DNA of 64,000 nucleotides from Vicinamibacterales bacterium. Its GTDB lineage: Bacteria > Acidobacteriota > Vicinamibacteria > Vicinamibacterales > UBA8438. The position numbers were made by a program, and so were the translations under genes. The notes beneath the pieces are model-generated. The model was not told the origin of the DNA. It saw only the letters and a list, made by a program, of their open reading frames with translations, and searched no databases. The stretch covers positions 2,037,045-2,101,044 of the forward strand of contig OZ253664.1 in the NCBI GenBank assembly GCA_965263195.1, read 5' to 3'. Numbering within the stretch: position 1 is the stretch's first letter; each line of letters begins with the position of its first letter. This document shows, in pieces, positions 45,991 to 55,217 of this stretch.

Positions 45991-47355
45991 TCACAGCACT
46001 GACACCGCCCCCATGCCGACGACAAAGCCGAGCTGCGGCGGTACGGCAGAACCGATCATGTTGGCGTAGTCACTCCGTGTCACCGTACCCGTCCTCGGCA
46101 GCCAGTTGAAGTCCTCTCCGAATCCTTGGAGCTTGGCTCCCTCATGTGGCGTGAGAGACCTAGGCTCCAACGGGTGCGTGAATCGACCTCTACCGGGGGA
46201 AAGAAACCCCGTCGTGATGGTAGGAGCCACCTGGTTCGGCCTCATGCGGCCGTACACCGAAAGGTAGTTGTGGTTCTTCAATCGGTGGCAATCGGGACGC
46301 TCGTCGTCCGGTAGATCGTATTCTTGACGTTCCGTGAGAAAACGTACCCGCCTCTGGTTTTCGTCCGACAACTGAGACGGTCTATCGAACGTCGTGCCAG
46401 GGTCCACATCTGCCAACAAGGCCAGCGCCTCCGACGCGGTCGGAGCGGAAATCTGCAGCCGAACAAAATCCGATATCGTAACGATCCGCTCGGACTTTCC
46501 GGCAATCAGGAAATGGCGGCGGCGCTCTTGCGGTGTTCCATAGTCGGACGCCGTCAACGTGAATCCGTTGCCGTCGATCCGATAACCAGCGAACTCAAGC
46601 AGCGACAACGCGCGGCCCACGACATTCTGCTTCGATCGTTTCACTGCGGGAACGTTCTCTACAACTATCACGCTGGCCCCGAGAGCAACCCCCGCAACCA
46701 CAGCGTCAAGGTAAAGTTCGTTCCGGTAGTCGATGCGACGCGTCCGATTGTTAAGGTTGGAATTGCCTTCGCATGGTGGGCCGGCAAGCAGGATGTCGAC
46801 ATTGCCCGCGAGCACTGCCAGTTCGCGGCTCAGATAAACCGATTCCATATCCGGAAGCGATTTTTCTCCCTTTGTACGCAACCGGTAATCGACGAGATTC
46901 TCCACGTTCTCCCGAACTGTCCTAAGTGGTCGCACGTTTCTGGCGTATACATCCAGCGCCGGCCGCGAAAGATCCGCCGCCAGTGCGAACACCGGCCGCA
47001 CGCCGACTGCCTCGATTGCCTGCTTGACGCCTATCGACAATCCACCACATCCGCAGAACAGGTCGACTACGTTGACACGGGCCCTTCCGATGCCACGATA
47101 GAGACTTGGACGCCCACCTTTGAGCTGTGACAAATTCCAGAACCGCGCCAACCTAGCACAATCCGCCTTATCATCTTCCGGCGTGGGGGTCGTTGCACCG
47201 CGAAAGGACATCCACGACCGCGAAGTGAACCGACCGGCGGTAGCATCGCGAACGAGGGATCGATCTTCAAGATCGTAGCCGACCGTCACCGTACCGGCAT
47301 CGTCCCGGTCGTCAACTTCGGGTGGCTCGCATCCCGAAGGTGCTATCTGCACCAT
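45991..47355 (-). CDS. dcm: DNA (cytosine-5)-methyltransferase
   Basis: Motif I VVDLFCGCGGLS, IV LLAGPPCEGNS, VI VVENVPA, VIII QERRRHFLIAG, LTPHEGAKLQGFGEDF, X IGSAVPPQL. ATG at 47355; GTG at 47388 is also possible. Confidence 0.9.
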   Translation of the reverse strand: MVQIAPSGCEPPEVDDRDDAGTVTVGYDLEDRSLVRDATAGRFTSRSWMSFRGATTPTPEDDKADCARLARFWNLSQLKGGRPSLYRGIGRARVNVVDLFCGCGGLSIGVKQAIEAVGVRPVFALAADLSRPALDVYARNVRPLRTVRENVENLVDYRLRTKGEKSLPDMESVYLSRELAVLAGNVDILLAGPPCEGNSNLNNRTRRIDYRNELYLDAVVAGVALGASVIVVENVPAVKRSKQNVVGRALSLLEFAGYRIDGNGFTLTASDYGTPQERRRHFLIAGKSERIVTISDFVRLQISAPTASEALALLADVDPGTTFDRPSQLSDENQRRVRFLTERQEYDLPDDERPDCHRLKNHNYLSVYGRMRPNQVAPTITTGFLSPGRGRFTHPLEPRSLTPHEGAKLQGFGEDFNWLPRTGTVTRSDYANMIGSAVPPQLGFVVGMGAVSVL

Positions 47356-48101
47356 GATTCCCGGTCTTCCCAAAGTCGCGTGACCCACCGATACGCCTTG
47401 ACTTCATCAAATAATTCGAACGCGATTGTCGCTTGACGGCGCCGTATTTCCTTGGCCAAGTCCCTGAATCCGGCCGGGATGGTCGGATCATTCCCCACTC
47501 CTCGCTGCAGCTTGAGGTCGCGGACCACTTTGACAAAAGCACGCGCCATCACCGGCGAACTTCCGAAGTTGACGTCGATGACGTGGGAATCCCAGAGGTC
47601 GACGTCGGCGTACTCGATGCCGTCATAGGGGTCAACTGCGCCTTCGACATACATCATGCTCGCGCAAATCCATAGCTTCGCGAACATGCCTTTCTTGAGC
47701 TCTTCAAGGCCGTAGTAGATCCCCCTGCCCGGTCCGGACTCGGACAGCTTCTGATGTCCATTCCCATAGCGCCAGTCCACGATATCGGCACCGAAACCAT
47801 CATCCATGAACGTTAACCATCGCCAGAAATCCGCATCCCCGGCCATTACCGGCGGCAACCGGAGGGTGCCGTGGACTATCGGTGCGCATTGGCTGTCGAA
47901 TTCCGCGACCGGTATTTTGTCGTCTCGTGCGGAGGTTGCGAGGTCACAACATTGGTTCAGACAGTCTCTGGCTGTCGACTCCTGGAAGTCAGCGCCCGAC
48001 TTGCGCAGTACGTCACGCTGGTTGAGTCGTGCTTCGCCGCTCTCCTTGCGCAATATGTACACCGCTCTGGCGGTTTCAAGTCCCAACCCAGGATAAGCCA
48101 A
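47343..48101 (-). CDS. uncharacterised 252-aa protein (operon member)
   Basis: TTG start at 48101 preceded by a strong GAGGAGG SD (48105-48111) that overlaps the stop of the upstream gene. No motif recognised (..DADFWRWLTFMDDGFGADIVDWRYG..). Confidence 0.6.
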   Translation of the reverse strand: MAYPGLGLETARAVYILRKESGEARLNQRDVLRKSGADFQESTARDCLNQCCDLATSARDDKIPVAEFDSQCAPIVHGTLRLPPVMAGDADFWRWLTFMDDGFGADIVDWRYGNGHQKLSESGPGRGIYYGLEELKKGMFAKLWICASMMYVEGAVDPYDGIEYADVDLWDSHVIDVNFGSSPVMARAFVKVVRDLKLQRGVGNDPTIPAGFRDLAKEIRRRQATIAFELFDEVKAYRWVTRLWEDRESWCR

Positions 48102-48110
48102 TACACCTCC

Positions 48111-48595
48111 TCACAACTTCATGGTCGCGAAGACCTTGTCCGCCCCTGCGAGCTTCCAGCACCTCGGCATCAGTTTGGCGCGCCCCCCAGGGCCACGTCC
48201 ATACTCCTGCTTCGCTGCCTCCAGGCTCATTCCGAATTCATTCTCGATCAAATCCGCGACGACACTGGTCAAGCTGTTCGGTTCCTCGCTGCCTCCGTCC
48301 GTGCCCAGAACATGAGACAGCACGTCGGCGTATACGTGCGCCGCAATGTTCCGAGCGATGTGCTCGGACGCCGCACTGGCCTGCCTGGAACTCAAGGCGC
48401 GAAACTTGTCCTCGAAATCCTTGTTCAGCAAGACTTCAAACAACTCGTTCGGGGGCCGATCAGGATCCTCACCGCGCCAGTGAACATAGTAGACCGTCCG
48501 ACGGTCCAGTCCTTGCTTCACCATCTCGTCGGGTTCGACGAACCTAATGGGAACGTCGAGCCCGCGATTCGGGACACGTATCTTGAACGTCTTGG
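48111..48595 (-). pseudogene. C-terminal half of IS-interrupted operon gene X
   Basis: TKTFKIRVPNRGLDVPIRFVEPDEM... continues in frame from 50391 once the IS plus one target copy (1789 nt) is removed. Confidence 0.7.
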
Positions 48596-50390
48596 TAGCT
48601 AGTGCCCGCCAGAAAACCCCCTTGCGGGCGGAAATCTGCGACAAATCCGGCCCACCTCGGGCGTGATTCCCACCACGGATCCTGCCACGACGGCGGTACT
48701 TGGCGGCCGGCGGGGAGCGACCGGCAAAGAATCAGTGCGGAGGTCCGGCTGCCAAGGATGGGGAAGCCCTCCCATCTTTCGACGGGTCGGAGCACGGCAT
48801 GCTTTAGGGGAAGCGGCCGGTCAGGCGGCGAGTCGTCGTCGTTTGCGCTCGCGCTTTTGCAGGAGCAACCCGATGCGATGCAGGTTGGCGGCCAGTACCG
48901 ACAGTGCGACGGTGCGCGCGAAGCCGTCGGCGCCATGGCTGCGGACACGGTCGAGCCCCCGGTGTTCCAGCCCATTGATGGCCGACTCGATTGCCGGATG
49001 CGCACGCCGCGCGGCCGCGAAGGGTTCCTCCGCCTCCCGTTCGCGGTCGGCTCTGGAAAGATACCCCTTTCTCGGCAGCGCGTTGAGGTCGAGCAGCGCG
49101 TCGAGCTTGATTCGGTTGTCAGGGCTGTGAAAGCCCCGGTCGAAGCTGCACGCCCGCAGTTCGGGATACCGCGCCTGGGCTTCGCTCACCATCGGCGCCG
49201 CCACGTCGACGTCCTCGCCCTCCCACAGGATCTTGTGGTGCAGGATGAATTGATGCTGGTCTTCGATGAGAGCTACAGGAACCCCGAGTTCTACCGGCGT
49301 GCCTGCCTTGCCCTTGGAAACCCAGCGAGTATGCTCCTCGAAGACCGAGAACACCTTCTCCTCGTGAGCAATCGCCTCGCCCCGCAGGAGTCGGCGCTCG
49401 ACCTGGCCGAGCTGGCGCTGGGCATGCGCGATAAAGCCCTGGATTGATTGGCAGGTGGTTTCCTCGACGCCCTTGTCCCGCAACTCGTCGAGGGTCTCCA
49501 TGGTCCGAGCGACCAGTGCACGGCAGCGCGCCAAGTACGCCTCCACCCGCTCCGGACGGCGCTTGGCCCGCCGCGTCGAACGCACCTGGTTGAACAGTTT
49601 CCTGACCTCCTTGGACAGATGCCGCCACTGACGCCATCCCCCCACCGCGTGTCTCCCAGCCGCCCGCCCGGTCTCCCGCAGCAGGCAGCGCAGCGCGTCC
49701 CACAACAGGCTGACATCCGTCGGATAGTGCACGTCCGTCTCGACCACGAACGAGTCACACCGCCCGCGCAATCGCTCGCCAGGCTTTTTTTTAGCGACCG
49801 TATGGCCGCTCTCCACCACCAACCGCCCGACTTCTGACAGCAGCTCCGGCGTCAACAGACACACATTGTCGAGCACCGTTTGGTACTCGTAATACGTCTT
49901 GTCGGCGAAATCGCCGTGGCCCAGGAACGCGCGCACCGTCTCGTGATGGTTCGCGAGGTCGTGAAGGCGGTCGAAGTCGCAACCCAGACCCTGCTTCAAC
50001 ACCCCCAGCACCAAAATCCGCCAGAGCGCCATCCCCGGACGCCCGACCTCCCGGTCGGTCTCCGGCAGGACATGCTCGTCGAGCAGCGCAAACAACCGCG
50101 CGCGCAACTCCTCGTCAGACCAAATGTGCTGAAGCCCCTTCAACACCGCCGGGATGTCGTCCCGCGACTTGGGGTCGATCCAAATCTTCTCCACCGGAAC
50201 CTGACCAAACTCGAACTGCCGTCTGTGAACTTCTCTCATGACGTCGACGTCTCGAAGATTCCCCCGAAATGGGCCGATAGTGGAAATTCCACCCACAAAA
50301 CTACGACATCTCAACGTTCTTCGCCACTTGAAATCCGAAATGCGACTCGTAGAATCAACCTATTACGGGTTTTCTGGCGGACACTAGCTA
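48596..50390. mobile_element. IS element (IS5/IS1182-superfamily-like) with terminal inverted repeats
   Basis: TAGCTAGTGCCCGCCAGAAAACCC (48596-48619) versus GGGTTTTCTGGCGGACACTAGCTA (50367-50390) gives 23/24 inverted identity. The palindromic TAGCTA makes the target duplication ambiguous (2, 4 or 6 bp). The core IS is about 48601-50385. Confidence 0.8.
48821..50239 (-). CDS. DDE transposase of the IS element
   Basis: ATG at 50239 (the track start at 50314 is TTG). ..CDSFVVETDVHYPTDVSLLWDA.., ..CSFDRGFHS.., ..ESAINGLEHRGLDRVRSHG... IS family not resolved. Confidence 0.8.
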   Translation of the reverse strand: MREVHRRQFEFGQVPVEKIWIDPKSRDDIPAVLKGLQHIWSDEELRARLFALLDEHVLPETDREVGRPGMALWRILVLGVLKQGLGCDFDRLHDLANHHETVRAFLGHGDFADKTYYEYQTVLDNVCLLTPELLSEVGRLVVESGHTVAKKKPGERLRGRCDSFVVETDVHYPTDVSLLWDALRCLLRETGRAAGRHAVGGWRQWRHLSKEVRKLFNQVRSTRRAKRRPERVEAYLARCRALVARTMETLDELRDKGVEETTCQSIQGFIAHAQRQLGQVERRLLRGEAIAHEEKVFSVFEEHTRWVSKGKAGTPVELGVPVALIEDQHQFILHHKILWEGEDVDVAAPMVSEAQARYPELRACSFDRGFHSPDNRIKLDALLDLNALPRKGYLSRADREREAEEPFAAARRAHPAIESAINGLEHRGLDRVRSHGADGFARTVALSVLAANLHRIGLLLQKRERKRRRLAA

Positions 50391-50850
50391 GCGAGGCTCC
50401 CGTCGGAATCGCTATCCCCCATTGATTCACGATGTCCGACCGTGGTGTTGCAACGACTACAAGATCAAATAGCGTGGATCTGGAGAATCTGTGCAGCACC
50501 TCATTCAGCGACCAGACGTCTTCGGGCACTTCGCGCATCGGCCATGAGTTCACTGTTTCGAACTTGCAAAGACGACGGTCCCGGCAAATCACTGACACGA
50601 CGATGTCGTCCGCCTGCACTCCAGTGTCAGCCGTAAGCCTCGCCGTGTCGATGTCGAAGAACAACTCCGGCGTCAATCCGTCCCAATCCTGTTCGCCCTC
50701 AAGGTAGCGAGTCACATTGTTGGCTCGATCCGTCGGATCCTCGCTCATGCTCAGCCGGAGCCCCACGTTTTCCAGGCTCGGGTCGGATGTAGGAAACGGC
50801 CTGGTCACCCTATGTTCGACCGCCCTCCAAGTTAGTGGCCGTGCGATCAT
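50391..50850 (-). pseudogene. N-terminal half of IS-interrupted operon gene X
   Basis: ATG at 50850 overlaps the GHKL gene stop (ATGA at 50847-50850). MIARPLTWRAVEH...NQWGIAIPTGASLA, then the IS sequence. Confidence 0.7.
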
Positions 50851-52733
50851 TGTGCTCGGTCCTCGCATCGGGCCACTTCGATATCCCATCGAGTAGTCCA
50901 CGCTGGGTGAACCTCTGCGCGAGCTTCCGCATCCACCCGTTCTCCTCGTCCAAGTGTCGACATGAAAGTCGTCCGGCCGTCTGGGCCGCTGCCCCTGTAC
51001 TCCCCGGTGGCCGTTCTCACGTGCGGCGCAAGCACATCCATCGGCCTCATGTTATCGTCGGCCAATACCTTGAGAGACAGCGTGACTTCGACGTCAACGG
51101 ATTCAACCGGCGCGTGAGTCGACAAGCCGATACGGAACACCACAAATGCGTCTTGTGCGTTACCGTTCTGCGTCCGCCCAGAATCGATCGTTTCTATCGT
51201 GAACGCGCGCGAACGGGACTCCGGCTTGACGGTAGTCCGGCTTCCGGTACGACGGGTGAACAGATTTCGTAACGTTCTGCGCAGGAACTCTGCTGCGTTG
51301 GTCCGTTCAACCGCCGGCGCATCCATCTGCCGCGTCTGGAAATCACGGGTCAGGTTGCGCAGCCGCTGTTTCGTGAGGCGAATGAAGTCACGACCCCAGT
51401 CGTACTTGCCGCGCAACCGATCGCCGTTCTCGACCCAGTCGTCATGTGTCGGTGGCTCGGAAAATACGAACGCCTGCATCGTGTCCGGGTCAACATCGGG
51501 CGAAAAGACACCGACGACTGGTGGTCTGTCTTCGTGCGCGAACTCGCTCGAATACTTGATGACCAGTCCGTCTCGAACGAACGCAATGCGATTCGTGAGA
51601 GCGACGTGGTCATCGCTCTCACTTGATGCGTCGATCGCCTTCAGCACGAGTCGTCCGGCCTTACGCGGTCCACCCGCCGGATTGACTCTGACGTCCTTCA
51701 CGTCGTACTTGTCGCCCACGGTGTTGGCGTTGATCTGCTTGTGGCAGTCGATGAACGGACTCAACTCGCGCCGGGATCGCGGATTGCGTCCCGGCATCGA
51801 TTCACCTTCATCAAGGAACTCGAAATTCACCCGCCGACCGCTATGATGACGTGCCATCGTCGGCCACCACCACGTCTCACAGCTCTCCACGACCTCGTTC
51901 ATCGTAGCGGCGAACGCAGGAATCACGACGGTTGTCCCCGTTTCCTCGTTTGACCGTTCCGGTAGACCGAGTGTTCGAACCCACGCGTGGGCGTCGTCGT
52001 CGACTAGGGGCTTCCGCGGGCTTCGTTCCTCACCACTGTCGTTTCCGTAGTACGCCTGTCCCGCATAGTCGATGTCTCCGACCGAGTGCTGCGGGAGGAA
52101 CGCGGTGGCCATCGCACGACAGCGGGCGCCGGTAGTGTTGTGGTCTGGACGGAACGTGGAGTAGTAGGCGACGGTTCGAATCTCCGAACTCAACGCGAAC
52201 GCCATCTTGCCGTACCCATACGATCCGAGCGTACGTATGGCGTCGGTGTCTCCCTCCTCTTCGTCTTCCCACTTGAGACTGCCACCGATCGAGAGAACCA
52301 GGTTGAAGAAACGATCCTGCTTGGACCGGCGCCGATTCCAGTGACCACCCAACCCGTTGGCATTGAAATCGGATATTAAAAGGACCGGCAGCGGAACGTC
52401 GGGCTTCCCGATGTCGTCCAGCACGTGGTTGCCTCTTCCGAACCAGTTGTGTGCGGTTCGAAAGGCTCGCCTCCGGTCGGCAAGAACGCGAAGATCCAGC
52501 GCATCGACGAAGAGCTTCTTGCCGTTTCCAATCAGCACGTCCCGTTCGAATCGGATCCGGACGGAGTCATCGCTATCCCGACGACGTTCGTCCAGACTGT
52601 TCTGAACGGCTTCGCGAACGAGCAGATCAGTTGGACCCAGATTCGACCCGCGTAGCGGATCGGCCATGTTGCTGGCCGGCAAGATGCCGGCTCCGTCCTT
52701 CAGGAAGGCCCAGGATTGCGCCGGGAAAGTCAT
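50847..52733 (-). CDS. GHKL (Bergerat-fold, MORC/HATPase_c_3-like) ATPase
   Basis: ATG at 52733 (the track start at 52742 is TTG). N-box LVREAVQNSLDE, G1-like LLISDFNANGLGG, G2-like LGSYGYGKMAF. Large uncharacterised C-terminal region. Confidence 0.75.
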   Translation of the reverse strand: MTFPAQSWAFLKDGAGILPASNMADPLRGSNLGPTDLLVREAVQNSLDERRRDSDDSVRIRFERDVLIGNGKKLFVDALDLRVLADRRRAFRTAHNWFGRGNHVLDDIGKPDVPLPVLLISDFNANGLGGHWNRRRSKQDRFFNLVLSIGGSLKWEDEEEGDTDAIRTLGSYGYGKMAFALSSEIRTVAYYSTFRPDHNTTGARCRAMATAFLPQHSVGDIDYAGQAYYGNDSGEERSPRKPLVDDDAHAWVRTLGLPERSNEETGTTVVIPAFAATMNEVVESCETWWWPTMARHHSGRRVNFEFLDEGESMPGRNPRSRRELSPFIDCHKQINANTVGDKYDVKDVRVNPAGGPRKAGRLVLKAIDASSESDDHVALTNRIAFVRDGLVIKYSSEFAHEDRPPVVGVFSPDVDPDTMQAFVFSEPPTHDDWVENGDRLRGKYDWGRDFIRLTKQRLRNLTRDFQTRQMDAPAVERTNAAEFLRRTLRNLFTRRTGSRTTVKPESRSRAFTIETIDSGRTQNGNAQDAFVVFRIGLSTHAPVESVDVEVTLSLKVLADDNMRPMDVLAPHVRTATGEYRGSGPDGRTTFMSTLGRGERVDAEARAEVHPAWTTRWDIEVARCEDRAQ

Positions 52734-52944
52734 GGCGGGCAAATATTAATCACTTGACTACGGTACAAACAAGCCGGCCGGTCATGACGCTGACATGGTG
52801 CTCACGGTTCCGTGTCCGCCGCGACATGGAAGCGACCCGTGTCCTCGCCGGCGACGCCAAACGCGCAGCGCCCGCCCGCGGGTGGAATGGGCATTGATTG
52901 GGCGCGGCAGCCAGAACCACAACGAGGCCAGTGTGGAGAAAAAA

Positions 52945-53021
52945 TGGTGCCGATGCAGGGACTTGAACCCCGGACCTAGCGGATATGAGCCGCTCGCTCT
53001 AACCAGCTGAGCTACACCGGC
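52945..53021 (-). tRNA. tRNA with CAT anticodon (elongator Met, or Ile2 if lysidine-modified)
   Basis: The reverse complement reads GCCGGTGTAGCTCAGCTGGTTAGAGCGAGCGGCTCATATCCGCTAGGTCCGGGGTTCAAGTCCCTGCATCGGCACCA. It has a 7-bp acceptor stem, D and T arms, a CTCATAT anticodon loop and an encoded CCA. The paired G1-C72 argues against an initiator. Confidence 0.9.
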
Positions 53022-53089
53022 ATCCCACGGGCTCGTGGAAACGCTCCATTGTATCAGCCTGCGGCCAAAGCCCCGCTGCATTCGGGCGG

Positions 53090-54142
53090 CTACGTGATCA
53101 GCATCGCATCGCCGTAGCTGTAGAACCGGTAGCGCCGCGCGACCGCGTCGGCGTACGCCGCAAGCACCCGCTCGCGGCCGCCGAACGCAGACACCAGCAC
53201 CAGCAGCGACGAGCGCGGCAGGTGGAAGTTCGTGAGCAGCTTGCCGACCACGCGATACTCGAAGCGCGGTCCAATGTACAGGTCGGTCGATCCGGTCCCG
53301 GCTGCGATCCGGCCGTCGGCGCGGGCCGCCGCGGACTCCAGCACGCGCGTCGTGGTCGTGCCGACCGCCACCACCCGGCGCCCTTCGTCCAGGGCGCGGT
53401 TGATGGTGCGGGCCGCGGCAGCGGTGATCTCGAACGGCTCCGCCGCGACGCTGTGCTGCTCGACATCCTCGCCGCGGATCGGCTGGAACGTCCCGTAGCC
53501 GACGTGCAGCGTGACGGCCGTCCGCTCGATGCCGCGTGCGTCGAGCGCCTGCAGCAGGTCCTTCGTGAAGTGCAGCCCGGCCGTCGGCGCGGCGACCGAC
53601 CCGCGGGCTCGCGCGTACACCGTCTGATACCGGCCGCGATCGTCCGGCGCGTCGGTCCGCTTGATGTAGGGCGGCAGCGGCATATGGCCGATCGCATCGA
53701 TCGCCTCGTCGACGTCCCGCCCCGCGTCCGCGGTCAACCGGACGGTACGCCGGCCGTGATAACGGCTGGCCAGTACCTCCAGCCGCAGCCGGTAGCCGCC
53801 GCCTTCGAAGACGGCGCGCGCCCCTTCCCGGAGCTTCTGCCCCGGATGCAGCAGCACGTCCCATTCGCCGCTGTCCGCCCTGGACAGCAGCAGGCACTCG
53901 ACCGCACCGCCGCTGGGATCGCGGCGGCCGAGCAACCGCGCCGGATAGACGCGCGTGTCGTTGACGACGAGCAGGTCTCCCGGTTCCAGCAGCAGCGGCA
54001 GGTCGGCCACCTGGCGGTGCGCATGCCGCCCGGTCCGCCGGTCCAGATGGAACAGACGCGCGCGGTCGCGGACGGGGTGCGGCTGCTGCGCGATCAACTC
54101 GGCAGGCAGTTCGTAGTCGAATTCGGAGACCGGGGTGGGCAA
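53090..54142 (-). CDS. queA: S-adenosylmethionine:tRNA ribosyltransferase-isomerase
   Basis: ..SEFDYELPAELIAQQP.., ..GDLLVVNDTRVYPARL.., ..MPLPPYI.., ..AAPTAGLHFT... The start codon at 54142 is TTG. Confidence 0.9.
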   Translation of the reverse strand: MPTPVSEFDYELPAELIAQQPHPVRDRARLFHLDRRTGRHAHRQVADLPLLLEPGDLLVVNDTRVYPARLLGRRDPSGGAVECLLLSRADSGEWDVLLHPGQKLREGARAVFEGGGYRLRLEVLASRYHGRRTVRLTADAGRDVDEAIDAIGHMPLPPYIKRTDAPDDRGRYQTVYARARGSVAAPTAGLHFTKDLLQALDARGIERTAVTLHVGYGTFQPIRGEDVEQHSVAAEPFEITAAAARTINRALDEGRRVVAVGTTTTRVLESAAARADGRIAAGTGSTDLYIGPRFEYRVVGKLLTNFHLPRSSLLVLVSAFGGRERVLAAYADAVARRYRFYSYGDAMLIT

Positions 54143-54165
54143 AGGTCAGCGGGGCTCAGCCGGGC

Positions 54166-55203
54166 TCAGCAGGCCCAGCGCAGGAGGACGGCGCCGACCG
54201 TGAAACCGGCGCCGACCGAGGCCAGCAGCACCCGGTCCCCCTTCTTCAGGCGCCCGTCCGCGCGCGCATCCTCCAGGGCAAGCGGGATGGTGGCCGCGGT
54301 GGTGTTGCCGTAGCGGTCGATGTTGATCACGACCCGGGAGCGGTCGAGCCCGAGCCGGTCGGCCGTGCCCAGAATGATGCGGAGGTTGGCCTGGTGCGCC
54401 ACGAACAGGTCGACGTCTCCGGCCCCCAGACCGTTGCGCTCCAGCACCTGCCGGCAGACCTCTTCCATCTTGCGCACGGCAAACTTGAAGACGGTGGCGC
54501 CGTCCTGGTGCACGTAGTGCATCCGCTTCTCGACGGTCTCGTGCGTGGCCGGATTCCGGCTGCCGCCGGCCGGCATCTGCAGCGCGGGTCCGCCGCTACC
54601 GTCCACCTCGTGGACGAAATCGAGCAGACCGACACCGGGTTCCACCTCCGGCGAGATGACCACCGCGCCCGCGCCGTCACCGAACAGCACGCAGGTCTGC
54701 CGATCCTTGTAGTCGATGATCGATGACATCACGTCGGCGCCGATCACCAGCGCATGCTCGTGCGCGCGGGTCGCCACGAGTTGCGCGCCGACGGTCAGGG
54801 CGTAGGCGAAACCGGAACACGCGGCGCCTACGTCGAACCCCCAGGCGCGGGAGGCGCCGATCTTGTTCTGGACCAGGCACGCGGTGCTGGGAAAGAACAT
54901 GTCCGGCGTGGTCGTGCCGACCACGATGACCCCTATGTCGTCGGGCGTCAGTCCCGCCTCGGCGATGGCGCGCAGCGCCGCTTCCTTCGCGAGATCGGAG
55001 GTGGCGACACCTTCGTCGACGATGTGCCGCTCGCGAATCCCGGTGCGCTGCAGAATCCACTTGTCCGAGGTGTCGACCAGCTTCTCGAGGTCGGCGTTGG
55101 TCAGCAAACGGGGCGGAACATACGTGCCGAGCGCCGCAATCCGCGTGCCTCTCAGCGGCGCGCCGCCGCGCAATCTTGCCCCTGGTCCGTTCGTCACGTG
55201 CAT
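54166..55203 (-). CDS. fabH: 3-oxoacyl-ACP synthase III
   Basis: ..[40 protein letters not shown].., ..ACSGF.., ..HQANLRI.. Confidence 0.9.
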   Translation of the reverse strand: MHVTNGPGARLRGGAPLRGTRIAALGTYVPPRLLTNADLEKLVDTSDKWILQRTGIRERHIVDEGVATSDLAKEAALRAIAEAGLTPDDIGVIVVGTTTPDMFFPSTACLVQNKIGASRAWGFDVGAACSGFAYALTVGAQLVATRAHEHALVIGADVMSSIIDYKDRQTCVLFGDGAGAVVISPEVEPGVGLLDFVHEVDGSGGPALQMPAGGSRNPATHETVEKRMHYVHQDGATVFKFAVRKMEEVCRQVLERNGLGAGDVDLFVAHQANLRIILGTADRLGLDRSRVVINIDRYGNTTAATIPLALEDARADGRLKKGDRVLLASVGAGFTVGAVLLRWAC

Positions 55204-55217
55204 CCGTCCCTTCGCTG

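Larger units (their letters stand above)
43050..52944. mobile_element. AT-richer genomic island abutting the 3' end of tRNA(CAT); no integrase present
   Basis: Visible drop in GC and loss of the extreme GC3 bias between ~43.05 kb and the tRNA at 52945. Content is Vsr/Dcm/GHKL/unknowns plus an IS. Left border approximate. Confidence 0.45.
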
